From an uncultured Ferruginibacter sp. (GTDB lineage: Bacteria; Bacteroidota; Bacteroidia; Chitinophagales; Chitinophagaceae), in the NCBI GenBank assembly GCA_964500545.1, contig CAZCOL010000009.1:7627-54441 (forward strand): a stretch of 46,815 bases of DNA, read 5' to 3'. Below, piece after piece: positions 17,844 to 28,187 of this stretch (the first letter of the stretch is position 1; each line of letters begins with the position of its first letter). The notes below the pieces were generated by a model. The model was not told the DNA's origin. It did not search any database and saw only the letters and a program-made list of their open reading frames with translations. A program made the translations under genes and the position numbers.

Positions 17844-19502
17844 ATGAGAAATCCATATCAAAGATTTTGGTTGTTGTTAAAGCCCGACAATAAAGAGATT
17901 TATCAGGTGTATTCATTCGCTGTATTTAAAGGAATAATCGCTCTTTCTCTGCCTTTGGGAATTCAATCAATCATTAATTTGATTCAGGCAGGCAGGGTAT
18001 CTGTTTCATGGGTTGTACTGGTAAGTGTGGTGGTCCTTGGTATTGGAATAGGCGGGTACCTCCAGATCATGCAAATAAGAATTATGGAAAATATTCAGCA
18101 GAATATTTTTACCCGTGCAGCTTTTGATTTTACTTATCGAATTCCAAAAATAAAATTTGAGGAAATCAACAAGCATTTTGCTCCAGAATTGGTCAACAGG
18201 TTCTTTGATATAATTACGCTTCAAAAGAGTGTAGCCAAAATAATCATTGACTTTTCAAGTGGTATCCTTCAAATTGTTTTTGGGTTGATTTTGCTCTCTT
18301 TTTACCATTCTTTTTTTATAGTGTTCAGTATTTTATTGGTGTTTGCTGTTTACAGTATTATCAAATTTACTTCCAAAAAGGGCCTTGTTACAAGTTTGGA
18401 AGAATCGAAATATAAATACAAGGTTGTTTCATGGCTAGAGGAACTTGCCAGATCCAAAGATTCCTTCAAATTGGCAGGTCATACAAATTTACCTGAAGCT
18501 AAAACAGATCAGTGTGTAACAGGTTATTTGAATTCAAGAGAAAATCATTTCAAAGTGTTAAGAACTCAATACTTTCTATTATTGGTATTTAAAATAATTG
18601 TTGCGTTGGTTCTGCTAGTCATAGGAGGTCTGCTGGTTCTGAGGCAGCAAATGAATATTGGGCAGTTTGTTGCTGCAGAAATCATCATACTGTTGATTAT
18701 CGATTCGTCTGAAAAATTGATTTTGAATCTTGAGAATGTTTTTGATACACTCACTTCATTGGAAAAAGTTGGGCAGGTGTTGGATCTGCAACTGGACGAA
18801 AACAATCGCTCTAATTCATTAGATGTTATGAATTTGAATGCTCTGAATGTTGAAGTGAATGCTGTGTCTTTTACATATCCGGGGAGAACAGAATATGTTT
18901 TAAATGATTTTAGTTACATTTTTCAATCCAACAAAAGCTATTGTATTTTAGGGAACAATGGATCGGGTCGTTCTACCTTGATACATTTAATCAGTGGATT
19001 GTATCATCCGGTAAAGGGAAGTATATGTGTAAATGGGTTACCACTTTCCAATTATAATATCACCGATCTGTACAGAATAACCGGAAACGGACTTCAGGAA
19101 GAGACTATTTTTGAAGGAACGTTGGCTGAAAACATTTCATTGGGAAGAAATTTCATAGAAAACAAAGATGTGCTTTGGGCTGCAGAAAATGTTTGCTTAC
19201 TCGATTTTATTAAAACTCTTCCGAAAGGCCTTGATACCGATATTGATATTTCAGGTAAAAAATTATCCAAAAGTGTGATTCAAAAAATAATATTGGCAAG
19301 AAGTATTGCCAATAAGCCCAAACTTTTACTGTTGGAAAATCAATTGGATTTTATTGAAGAAGCGGATAGAAAAAAAATCATTGACTTTTTAACTGATAAG
19401 AAAAACGGTTGGACATTGTTGTGCATTTCTTATGATCAATACCTGAAAGATAAGTGTGATCAGGTAATTCATCTCGAAAACGGTAAGATTGTTAAAAAAT
19501 AA
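17844..19502 (+). CDS. Type I secretion-type ABC transporter (TMD+NBD), no C39 domain, degenerate ATPase motifs
   Basis: N-terminal 6-TM domain with IGQFVAAE. NBD has GNNGSGRST, LQE.TIFEGTLAENI, LP.GLDT, LSKSVIQK and LLLLENQLD. Confidence 0.85.
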   Translation: MRNPYQRFWLLLKPDNKEIYQVYSFAVFKGIIALSLPLGIQSIINLIQAGRVSVSWVVLVSVVVLGIGIGGYLQIMQIRIMENIQQNIFTRAAFDFTYRIPKIKFEEINKHFAPELVNRFFDIITLQKSVAKIIIDFSSGILQIVFGLILLSFYHSFFIVFSILLVFAVYSIIKFTSKKGLVTSLEESKYKYKVVSWLEELARSKDSFKLAGHTNLPEAKTDQCVTGYLNSRENHFKVLRTQYFLLLVFKIIVALVLLVIGGLLVLRQQMNIGQFVAAEIIILLIIDSSEKLILNLENVFDTLTSLEKVGQVLDLQLDENNRSNSLDVMNLNALNVEVNAVSFTYPGRTEYVLNDFSYIFQSNKSYCILGNNGSGRSTLIHLISGLYHPVKGSICVNGLPLSNYNITDLYRITGNGLQEETIFEGTLAENISLGRNFIENKDVLWAAENVCLLDFIKTLPKGLDTDIDISGKKLSKSVIQKIILARSIANKPKLLLLENQLDFIEEADRKKIIDFLTDKKNGWTLLCISYDQYLKDKCDQVIHLENGKIVKK

Positions 19503-19512
19503 AAATAATTGA

Positions 19513-20862
19513 ATGTTAAACATTACAGACAATAAACTGAATGACTTTATCCAAAGTGATAATCTTTCATCCATAAAAATTTTAAATTCAAGGAAAAGAA
19601 GTAAAAGGTTAATTAAATTCCTGTATTTTTCTGGTATATTGTTAATCATCCTACTAATATTGCCTTGGACGCAGAATATTCGTTCGCATGGAAAAGTGAC
19701 CGCATTATTGCCCAATCAAAGACCTCAAACCATACATTCAACCATTTCCGGTAGGATTGAAAAATGGTTCGTGCAGGAAGGGCAAAAAGTAAAGAAAGGG
19801 GATACCATTCTTTTTTTAAGTGAAATAAAAGAAGAATATCTCGACCCCAATCTTGTGTTGAATACAGAAAGCCAATTGAAAGCAAAGGAGTTGACCGTCA
19901 GGTCCTACATGAGTAAAGTGAATGCAGGAGACAATCAGATTGATGCATTAATAAATTCAAGAAAATTAAAGCTCGAACAAGCTGAAAACAAGGTAATTCA
20001 ATCCAATCTGAAAGTACAGAGTGACAGTATAGAATTGACAGCGGCAGAAATTAACTTCAAGATCGCCAAAGAACAATTTGACCGCATGCAACAACTGTAC
20101 AACGATGGACTTAAATCACTTACAGATCTGGAAACCAGAAGGTTGAAAGTTCAGGAAACAAAAGCCAAAGTAATTGCCCAGCAAAACAAATTGATTGGAA
20201 GCAAAAATGAAGTACTCAACGCGAAAATAGAATTGAATGCCATTAATGCCGATTACAACGATAAAATTGCCAAATCCGAATCGGAAAAATACGCATCACT
20301 TTCCAGTATGTATGATGCAGAAGCTGTTGTATCGAAATTACAAAATCAAGTGGTGAATTACAATATCAGGTCTGGTATGTATTATGTGTTGGCTCCTCAG
20401 GATGGTTACATCACTAAAGCAATTCAATCAGGAATCGGTGAGGTTATCAAGGAAGGAACAGAGATTGTAAGTATCATGCCTGCCAATTTTCAACTGGCCG
20501 TTGAAATGTTTGTTGATCCAATTGATATTCCATTGCTTCAAAAAAAACAGCATGTTCAAATTCAGTTTGATGGATGGCCGTCCATTATATTTTCCGGATG
20601 GCCCGGGATTTCTTATGGTACCTATGGTGGTGAAATTGTTGCCATCGATAATTTTATCAGTTCCAACGGAAAATACAGGGTGTTATTGGCTAAAAAAAGC
20701 AATGCTTCTAACTGGCCTGAGCAAATTAAAATAGGGGCAGGCGCCAACACGATTACCTTATTGAAGGAGGTACCGGTTTGGTATGAGCTTTGGAGAAAAG
20801 TAAATGGCTTTCCTCCTGACTACTACATTGAAAAAATTGAAAAAAATGATGCTAAGAAATAG
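19513..20862 (+). CDS. HlyD family membrane fusion protein
   Basis: Single N-terminal TM, LPWTQN, lipoyl half-motifs SGRIEKWFVQEGQKVKKGD and APQDG, long coiled coil. Confidence 0.92.
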   Translation: MLNITDNKLNDFIQSDNLSSIKILNSRKRSKRLIKFLYFSGILLIILLILPWTQNIRSHGKVTALLPNQRPQTIHSTISGRIEKWFVQEGQKVKKGDTILFLSEIKEEYLDPNLVLNTESQLKAKELTVRSYMSKVNAGDNQIDALINSRKLKLEQAENKVIQSNLKVQSDSIELTAAEINFKIAKEQFDRMQQLYNDGLKSLTDLETRRLKVQETKAKVIAQQNKLIGSKNEVLNAKIELNAINADYNDKIAKSESEKYASLSSMYDAEAVVSKLQNQVVNYNIRSGMYYVLAPQDGYITKAIQSGIGEVIKEGTEIVSIMPANFQLAVEMFVDPIDIPLLQKKQHVQIQFDGWPSIIFSGWPGISYGTYGGEIVAIDNFISSNGKYRVLLAKKSNASNWPEQIKIGAGANTITLLKEVPVWYELWRKVNGFPPDYYIEKIEKNDAKK

Positions 20863-22270
20863 ATTTTTATCTTTTATCTGCTTTTTATTAATTGGATCAG
20901 AAGCATTTTCACAAAAAGACAGTTCAATTAGGTTTGATTTTTCTTCTTTCTTGAGAATTGTCAAGCTGCATCATCCAGTTGTAAAACAAGCTCAGTTGCT
21001 GGTTGACAATGCTCTTGCAAACAATATGTTTGCAAGGGGAGAATTTGACCCCAAATTATTTTATGCATTTGAAAATAAATTCTTCAATTCAAAAAATTAT
21101 TATGACATCAGTAATGGGGGAGTTCAGATTCCCACCTGGTATGGTATTGATTTTAAAATGGGTGTTGAAAATAGTTTCGGAGATTTTCTGAATCCTCAGC
21201 AAGCCACACCCATTAACGGTTTAATTTATTCGCAAGTTTCGCTTCCGCTATTGCAAGGATTGGTTATTGATGAAAGAAGAGCCACCTTAAAAAAGGCGAG
21301 AATATTTCAACAGATGTCTGAACTTGAAAAAACAATTGCAGTAAACGAGCTGTTGTTCAATGCAGGTAAATCATATTGGGACTGGCAATTGGCTTTTTCA
21401 AATTTGAGGGTACTTGAAAATGCAAAAATCATAGCTGAGCAAAGATTTATTGCTGTAAAAAAAACTGCAGAATTTGGAGATCGACCCTATATCGATACCG
21501 TAGAATCTTTAATTCAATTGCAAGAAAGAATATTGAGCCTTCAGCAGGCTCAATATGAGTATCAATCCAAGTCAATTCTCTTGTCTAATTTTTTGTGGAC
21601 AGATGATAATATTCCTGTAGAGTTAAAAGAAAATATCACTCCTGAATATTATGTTGATGTTGATTCTGTTCGAAATGTCGCAATGGAGAAAATAATAGTG
21701 GATGTTGACAGTTTTATTGAATCTCATCCTGAGTTGCAAAACTATAGGTATAAACTCAATCAGTCTGAGATAGACCGAAAACTAAAGCAAGATAAATTGA
21801 AACCAAAACTAAATGTCAATTACAGTCCTTTGTATAGAAATTTCAACGGATTGTACGGAAGTTTCAATGACTATAAATGGGGATTGTCTGCTGCTTTTCC
21901 CTTATTTTTAAGAAAAGAGAGAGCAGACCTCAAATCTGCAAAATTGAAAATTACAAATCTTCAGCTCGAAACCTTTCAGAAAAGAGTTGGATTGATCAAT
22001 AAAATCAAAAGAAAACAAATTGAGTACGGCAACTATCTGAATCAATTTGATTTATACTCTAATACAGTTTACAACTACAGGAATTTATGGACTTCTGAAA
22101 AAAAACTATTTGATTCCGGGGAGAGTTCCCTGTTTATGATTAACTCCCGTGAAATGAGTTATCTGAATGCTCAATTGAAACTTAATGAAATATTGACAAA
22201 AACAAAATATGCTATGTTGGAATTGGTTTATTCCCTTTGTCAAATGGAAAGGAATTTTATCGAAAATTAA
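20846..22270 (+). CDS. TolC family outer membrane efflux protein
   Basis: Signal peptide, ARGEFDP, SLPLLQG, FPLFLRKER, GESSLF.IN.RE; start overlaps the end of hlyD. Confidence 0.88.
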   Translation: MMLRNRFLSFICFLLIGSEAFSQKDSSIRFDFSSFLRIVKLHHPVVKQAQLLVDNALANNMFARGEFDPKLFYAFENKFFNSKNYYDISNGGVQIPTWYGIDFKMGVENSFGDFLNPQQATPINGLIYSQVSLPLLQGLVIDERRATLKKARIFQQMSELEKTIAVNELLFNAGKSYWDWQLAFSNLRVLENAKIIAEQRFIAVKKTAEFGDRPYIDTVESLIQLQERILSLQQAQYEYQSKSILLSNFLWTDDNIPVELKENITPEYYVDVDSVRNVAMEKIIVDVDSFIESHPELQNYRYKLNQSEIDRKLKQDKLKPKLNVNYSPLYRNFNGLYGSFNDYKWGLSAAFPLFLRKERADLKSAKLKITNLQLETFQKRVGLINKIKRKQIEYGNYLNQFDLYSNTVYNYRNLWTSEKKLFDSGESSLFMINSREMSYLNAQLKLNEILTKTKYAMLELVYSLCQMERNFIEN

Positions 22271-22299
22271 TTTGCAGCTTCAAGATAAATTCATCTGGG

Positions 22300-23544
22300 T
22301 TAATATTCCATTTTTCTTAGAGAGGGCGCTTTGAACCAGGTAGTAATCACTACTGCCACAGTCATACATCCCCCAAATATCACAGATGGTATAATTCCCA
22401 ATATTTTGGCAGCGACTCCGCTTTCAAATTGCCCCAGTTCATTGGAAGAATTGATAAACATACTGTTTACCGACATTACTCTTCCCCGAAGATTGTCAGG
22501 TGATTTCAACTGAAGTATTGTCCCTCTTACTATCATGCTAATTCCATCCAGTGCACCGCTCAAAAGTAAAGCAATAAATGAAAGCCAGAAAACTTTTGAA
22601 AGGGCAAAAACTATGATAAAGCAACCAAAACCTGCAACAGCATACAATAATATTTTACCTTGTTTTTTTCTCAAAGGGAGTATAGTTAATATCGTAACAC
22701 TGATGATAGAGCCAATGTCAGTTGCTGAATTCAGCCAACCAAATCCTACAGGGCCTGTTTTTAAAATATCTCTTGCAAATACCGGAATCAATGCTACAGC
22801 TCCTCCAAATAAAACTGCAAACAAGTCAAGGGTCAGTGCTCCCAGAATTTCTTTGGTTTTATACACATATTGAATACCTTCTTTTACACTTTGCCAGGTT
22901 GAAGTATTGTTATTGATTTCCGAAACTTCTTTAGATGATAAATTATACAGAAATACAAATCCAATGATTAATATTACCAGTATTACTAAAAATGTATAAT
23001 GTATATCGAGTAAAGCAATTAAAAACCCACCCAATGCGTGCCCAAATATAGATGCAATCAACCAGGAGGCAGAACTGATTGAAGCGGCTGAGGGCAATAT
23101 ATCCTTAGGAACAATTTTTGCAATCATGGATGAAAAAGTGGGTCCGGAAAAAGCTCGAATAGCACCCGTTATTGCAATGATGATGAAAACAATCACAGCA
23201 ATGGTCCATGGGTCTAAAGAAGTGGTATTTTTCGTATCGGATAATATCACAAATAATAAGGTGCAACCTATGTACATTAATACACATTGGAGCAACAGGC
23301 GTCTGTTTTCGTTTCTGTCGATGTAATGTCCCGCATACAATGCCAATGACAATGCCGGAATTACTTCAGATAGTCCAACTAGCCCCAATGCAAGTGCACT
23401 GTTTGTTAGGTTGTACAACCACCATCCCACAACAGTTCCTGACATTCGAAGTCCCATGATAAAAATGAAGCGGCCAAGTATAAAAAACCTGAACTCTTTG
23501 ATATTAAACGCTCTGTAAGGATTGTTATGGGATGTATTGTTCAA
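22300..23544 (-). CDS. MFS transporter (DHA3/MFS_3-like)
   Basis: LALGLVGL, AGHYIDRNENR, LDLFAVLFGGAVALIP, RGRV.SVN, SSNELGQFESG; TTG start. Confidence 0.88.
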   Translation of the reverse strand: MNNTSHNNPYRAFNIKEFRFFILGRFIFIMGLRMSGTVVGWWLYNLTNSALALGLVGLSEVIPALSLALYAGHYIDRNENRRLLLQCVLMYIGCTLLFVILSDTKNTTSLDPWTIAVIVFIIIAITGAIRAFSGPTFSSMIAKIVPKDILPSAASISSASWLIASIFGHALGGFLIALLDIHYTFLVILVILIIGFVFLYNLSSKEVSEINNNTSTWQSVKEGIQYVYKTKEILGALTLDLFAVLFGGAVALIPVFARDILKTGPVGFGWLNSATDIGSIISVTILTILPLRKKQGKILLYAVAGFGCFIIVFALSKVFWLSFIALLLSGALDGISMIVRGTILQLKSPDNLRGRVMSVNSMFINSSNELGQFESGVAAKILGIIPSVIFGGCMTVAVVITTWFKAPSLRKMEY

Positions 23545-23558
23545 AAAATAGAATTAGA

Positions 23559-24191
23559 TTATGTCAAAATGATATGATGTTGCCCTTGAGGATATTCTTT
23601 ATTCAGGGCATTTATTATGATATCAACGTGTTTTTCATTATTGATGAAATCCGCATTGGATGCATCTACAAAGAGGGTTTTGATATCATGCTGTTTGATG
23701 TATTGAGTATATGTTTCCTGCAATGTTTGAAGATAATCGTCAGGAATGGATTGTTCGTAAGGTCTGTTTCTCTTTTTTATGTTATCCTGTAATTTTTCGA
23801 CAGGACTGTGTAAATAAATCAGAATTTCAGGTTGAAGAATCTGGGGATTGATGATTTCAAATAATTTTTGGTAAAGTTTGTATTCTTCTTCCGGTAAAGT
23901 TACTTTGGCAAACAACAAACATTTGGTAAACAAATAGTCTGATACGGTTGCTGTTTGAAACAAGTCCTTTGTTTGAAGCATTTCTTTCAGTTGTTTGTAC
24001 CGTTCGGCCATAAAAAACAACTCCAAGGGAAAAGCATATTGCTCAGGTTTTTCATAAAATTTTGGCAGAAAAGGGTTGTCAGCAAACTCCTCAAGAATCA
24101 GTTTGGCGTTTAGTTTTTTACTTAAAATATTTGCAAGGGTAGTTTTACCTGCACCTATGTTCCCTTCTATCGTAACAAAACTATATTTCAT
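23559..24191 (-). CDS. Deoxynucleoside kinase
   Basis: P-loop IEGNIGAGKTT, NPFLPKFY, lid I.KRNR.YE. Confidence 0.92.
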   Translation of the reverse strand: MKYSFVTIEGNIGAGKTTLANILSKKLNAKLILEEFADNPFLPKFYEKPEQYAFPLELFFMAERYKQLKEMLQTKDLFQTATVSDYLFTKCLLFAKVTLPEEEYKLYQKLFEIINPQILQPEILIYLHSPVEKLQDNIKKRNRPYEQSIPDDYLQTLQETYTQYIKQHDIKTLFVDASNADFINNEKHVDIIINALNKEYPQGQHHIILT

Positions 24192-24228
24192 TGAGGATGC
24201 AAATTAAGTGTATAGCATTTAACTAAAG

Positions 24229-24708
24229 TCAAATTTTATTCACAGTGAGTTTGTCCTGGCATGAAACAAGGATTTGATGAATGTTTTTCTTTAAAACGGG
24301 GTGGATAAAATTAGGAGACAGCTCATTGAGCGGAATCAGAACAAATTTTCTTTCCTGCAGCAATGGATGCGGAATAGTCAAATCTTTGCTTTGAATGATT
24401 TCCTTATTAAAAAATAATATATCTATATCTATTAGCCTTGGGGCATTTTTAACAGTTCTTATTCTTCCCATTTTTTCCTCTATTTTCAGAATCTGCTTCA
24501 TGGTTTCTACAGAAGTCAGTTTTGTTTCAACAATCAACACCTGATTCAAAAAATCTGGTTGTTCCAAATTTCCCCATGCTTTGGTTGAGTAAATAGAGGA
24601 TGTTCTTAATGGTTCTCCAATTTCCTTTTTTATTATTTTTTTTGCCAGATTTAAATTTTGTTTTGTATTTCCAATATTGCTTCCTAGAAGCAGGTATACT
24701 TTGTTCAT
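24229..24708 (-). CDS. folK: 2-amino-4-hydroxy-6-hydroxymethyldihydropteridine diphosphokinase
   Basis: LLLGSNIG, QPDFLN, IE..MGR, PRLIDIDIL, L.IPHP...ERKFVL.PL; start ATG 24708. Confidence 0.95.
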   Translation of the reverse strand: MNKVYLLLGSNIGNTKQNLNLAKKIIKKEIGEPLRTSSIYSTKAWGNLEQPDFLNQVLIVETKLTSVETMKQILKIEEKMGRIRTVKNAPRLIDIDILFFNKEIIQSKDLTIPHPLLQERKFVLIPLNELSPNFIHPVLKKNIHQILVSCQDKLTVNKI

Positions 24709-24906
24709 TTTTAAAAATCTTAAAAGTGGGTGTAATTTATTGATTTGCAAAATACAACTTCAATGAACTTTTGCTGAATGTATTTTAAAATATTTCTAGT
24801 AGTTTTACAAAAAGCCGGTCAATGTTCAGGCTGTATATTAATAAGCAACCACTTGTTAAATCTAATCTGAAAAGATTGTATAAATACAAATAAAAAATTT
24901 CTTCTA

Positions 24907-26016
24907 ATGAGCTATAGCCAGGTAAAAGCAATGTTTTCGATCACGAGAGGAAGTCTTCGTTCAATAACGAGAAGTCCATCTGCTATGATATTCAGCTTTA
25001 TATTTCCTTTTGTATTCATTCTGGTTTTTGGGTTTATTGGTAACGGAGGGACTAAGCAACGATTTAAAGTTGCCATGGGGAAAGATACTGACACTTCGAA
25101 TATGCTATACAGAACGCTGATTTCTTTAGATGCCTTGAAGTTTGTTGATTATGATGATGAAGTTCAAATGAAAGGAGATCTTGATCAAGGAAATCTAGCA
25201 GGTGTAATTTTGATCGAAAAAAATGGAGAGGGTCTCGCTCCTTATAGTTTAAAGCTGAAAAGTACCACTGCCAGTAACGACAAATGGCCTCAGTTAAAAA
25301 CTTTGTTGGACAATGTCAGCAATGAGGTCAGCAATCGTGTTTATAAGGAAAGATTGAGTTATGCAGATTTTCAATTTGACCCCTCAGCAGACATAGAAAA
25401 AGTTAGGGAATATAAAACAATCGACTTTATTTTGCCCGGTCAGCTGGGTTTTTCATTGTTGAGTGCCGGGGTATTTGGTGTTGCTTTCATGTTTTTCAAT
25501 CTGAGAAATACCTTGGTTTTAAAAAGATTTTTCGCAACTCCTATCAATCGAACGTTTATAATATTAGGAGAAGGGTTGAGCAGAGTTATTTTTCAATTGA
25601 TTACTGCTGTTGTAATTATTTTGGCAGGATACTTATTTTTTGGGTTTACACTTGTTCATCAATTCAGTACATTTTTAGACATGATGATATTGAGTTTTAT
25701 TGGATTGGTAGTATTCATGGGATTTGGATTCATTGTCAGTGGGATTGCCAAAACAGACAGTACCATTCCTCCATTTGCAAACCTCATCACACTGCCTCAG
25801 TTTCTGCTTGGAGGAACTTTTTTTTCTGTAGACGCCTTCCCAAAATGGCTTCAGCCTGTTTCAAAAGCACTGCCGCTTACTCATTTAAATACTGCACTAA
25901 GAAATGTAGCCTTTGAGGGTCAGTCTTTGTGGCAAGTCAAATTTGAGATAGGTATTTTGTTGTTGTGGGGATTTTTTGCCTATGCTCTGGCAGTAAAGTT
26001 TTTTAAGTGGGAGTAA
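24907..26016 (+). CDS. ABC-2 type transporter permease
   Basis: N-terminal TM, periplasmic domain, DFILPG, LKRF.ATP, LGGTFFS...FP.WLQ...LPLTH. Confidence 0.88.
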   Translation: MSYSQVKAMFSITRGSLRSITRSPSAMIFSFIFPFVFILVFGFIGNGGTKQRFKVAMGKDTDTSNMLYRTLISLDALKFVDYDDEVQMKGDLDQGNLAGVILIEKNGEGLAPYSLKLKSTTASNDKWPQLKTLLDNVSNEVSNRVYKERLSYADFQFDPSADIEKVREYKTIDFILPGQLGFSLLSAGVFGVAFMFFNLRNTLVLKRFFATPINRTFIILGEGLSRVIFQLITAVVIILAGYLFFGFTLVHQFSTFLDMMILSFIGLVVFMGFGFIVSGIAKTDSTIPPFANLITLPQFLLGGTFFSVDAFPKWLQPVSKALPLTHLNTALRNVAFEGQSLWQVKFEIGILLLWGFFAYALAVKFFKWE

Positions 26017-26040
26017 TTTAAATACTTAGTTTATTTTTTT

Positions 26041-27237
26041 TCAATCAGGAAAACTAATTTTTCCGAAACTTTTATTGGGCATGAACTTGTTCCCATTTTG
26101 AAAACTCTCTTTTGTTCCCGCTATCAATTCATTTGCCAATACAGAAAATAAAGCTGCTTCTTTTGCATCAGGATTAAAATAAAAATGTTCAAAATTTTTC
26201 ACCCGATTTTCTCCAAAATGTGACCTTAAGGCGGACAGTAATAATGGATTATGCAATCCGCCACCGCTGATCAGAATTTCATAACTTTTACTTTCTTTTA
26301 TTAAACTGTCAATCAAGTTGCATATACTCATGGACGTTAGTTTGTTTAGAGTTGCTGCAATATCCTCAAATGGAATTTCAGTTGTTTTGCTTTTTTTTAA
26401 GGCATCTTGAACAAAGTTCATGTTGAAAAGCTCCAGCCCGGTAGTTTTTGGAATTGGCATACTGAAAAATGGATGACAATATAATTCGGCAATAAGTTGA
26501 TCGTTTGTATTGCCCGTTAGGGCTATAGCTGCATTATTGTCGTATAGCAATTCAGGATATTTTTGCCTTATCAGCTGATCAATCAGAGTATTTCCCGGCC
26601 CTGTATCACTGGAAATGACCTTGTCAAATGGAGCATCTGCGGGTATGAAAGTAAAATTTGCAATTCCTCCAATATTGAGCAGAATTCGGTCAGAGTGTTT
26701 GTTGGAAAATAAAAGGTAATCTCCGTAAGTAACTAATGGAGCTCCTTCACCACCGCCAGCAATATGCTTTTGCCGGAAGTCGCTTATCGTGATAATGCCG
26801 GTTTTAACGGCTATGTGATCAGCGTCACCTATCTGCAGAGTACTGTTTAATTTATGATTGAATTTACTGCTTGGTGCATGAAATATTGTTTGTCCATGGC
26901 TGGCAATAAGGTCAATTTCATTTTTAGAAATTTTCCATTTTTTCAGTACTTCATTGATCATTTCGCCGTAAGTAATTCCGATAGATGCATTTAGTTTACA
27001 GAGTAAAGCCAAATCAACATTTTTTTTGGATATAATGGATGCCAGCTCTTTTCTGAATTCATTGGTAAATGGACATGTAGTAAAATTCAACAAATTAAGT
27101 TGAGTATTTTGTCCATTTCCACTTATATCACATAATGCAATATCCAATCCATCAAAAGAAGTACCGCTCATAAGGCCGATAATCTTTCTGTTTTGCTTCA
27201 TGCTTATTTGATGAAGCTTATTAATGGATTCAATCAT
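26041..27237 (-). CDS. anmK: Anhydro-N-acetylmuramic acid kinase
   Basis: GLMSGTS.DGLD, SHGQT, DFR..H.A.GG.GAPL, NIGGIAN, DTGPGN, KEA..F; start overlaps the queG stop. Confidence 0.93.
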   Translation of the reverse strand: MIESINKLHQISMKQNRKIIGLMSGTSFDGLDIALCDISGNGQNTQLNLLNFTTCPFTNEFRKELASIISKKNVDLALLCKLNASIGITYGEMINEVLKKWKISKNEIDLIASHGQTIFHAPSSKFNHKLNSTLQIGDADHIAVKTGIITISDFRQKHIAGGGEGAPLVTYGDYLLFSNKHSDRILLNIGGIANFTFIPADAPFDKVISSDTGPGNTLIDQLIRQKYPELLYDNNAAIALTGNTNDQLIAELYCHPFFSMPIPKTTGLELFNMNFVQDALKKSKTTEIPFEDIAATLNKLTSMSICNLIDSLIKESKSYEILISGGGLHNPLLLSALRSHFGENRVKNFEHFYFNPDAKEAALFSVLANELIAGTKESFQNGNKFMPNKSFGKISFPD

Positions 27238-28168
27238 GATTGCTTTGATTTATAAAATGTAGATTTCTTTTGATGCCTGTGTATTTGGCTCTTTTGATTG
27301 GAGAGTTTTTGAATATATTTTTAAATTGAACCTCTGATATTTCTTCCCAATCTTTTCTGCTAAAATGTAAAACTTCATGCAAAGGCTTAAATCGTTCCTC
27401 GCTGTTTTGTTTTGAAAATCGATTCCATGGACAAACATCCTGACAAATATCACAACCAAAAAAATGATTTTCAAACTTTCCTTTCATATTTTCAGGTATG
27501 AGGGCTTCTTTCAATTCGATGGTAAAATAAGAAATGCATTTACTCCCATCAATTACCTTTTCAGGCAGAATGGCTTCGGTAGGACAGTGGTCAATACATT
27601 TGGTGCAAGTGCCACAATAATCCTTTAAAATGGGGTTGTCGTATTCAAATTCAACATCGACAATTAAAGTGGCAATAAAAAAAAAGGAACCTTTATTTTT
27701 ATTGATTAAATTTCCGTTTTTTCCGATCCAGCCCAGCCCTGATTTATTGGCCCAGGATCTTTCTAATACAGGGGCGCTGTCTACAAAGCCTCTTCCATTG
27801 ATTTCACCAATTTGTTCTTTTAGCAAAAAGAAAAAATGATGCAATCTTTCTCTGATAACATCATGATAGTCTTCACCAAAAGCATATTTGGAAATTACGG
27901 GAGCATTTACATTTTGTTTTTCACTGGTAAAATAATTTTGTAAAACCGTAATAACAGATTTAGCACCCGGAAAAAGTTTTGTTGGGTCAGTTCTGAGGTC
28001 AAAATGATTTTGCATGTAGTCCATTGAGCCATGCATATTGTTATTGAGCCAATTTTCCAGACGAACCGCATCTTCGTGCAATGGCTCGGCTTTCGCGATT
28101 CCGCAAAAATCAAATCCAAGACTCGTTGCAGTTGATTTTACAAATTTGCTTATTTCGGATTTGTTCAT
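27230..28168 (-). CDS. queG: tRNA epoxyqueuosine(34) reductase
   Basis: YA.G.DYH, VDSAPVLER, GLGWIGKN, CGTCTKCIDHCPT, CISY.TIE, GCDICQDVCPWN. Confidence 0.95.
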   Translation of the reverse strand: MNKSEISKFVKSTATSLGFDFCGIAKAEPLHEDAVRLENWLNNNMHGSMDYMQNHFDLRTDPTKLFPGAKSVITVLQNYFTSEKQNVNAPVISKYAFGEDYHDVIRERLHHFFFLLKEQIGEINGRGFVDSAPVLERSWANKSGLGWIGKNGNLINKNKGSFFFIATLIVDVEFEYDNPILKDYCGTCTKCIDHCPTEAILPEKVIDGSKCISYFTIELKEALIPENMKGKFENHFFGCDICQDVCPWNRFSKQNSEERFKPLHEVLHFSRKDWEEISEVQFKNIFKNSPIKRAKYTGIKRNLHFINQSNHD

Positions 28169-28187
28169 TGATTGAGTTGGAAAAATT

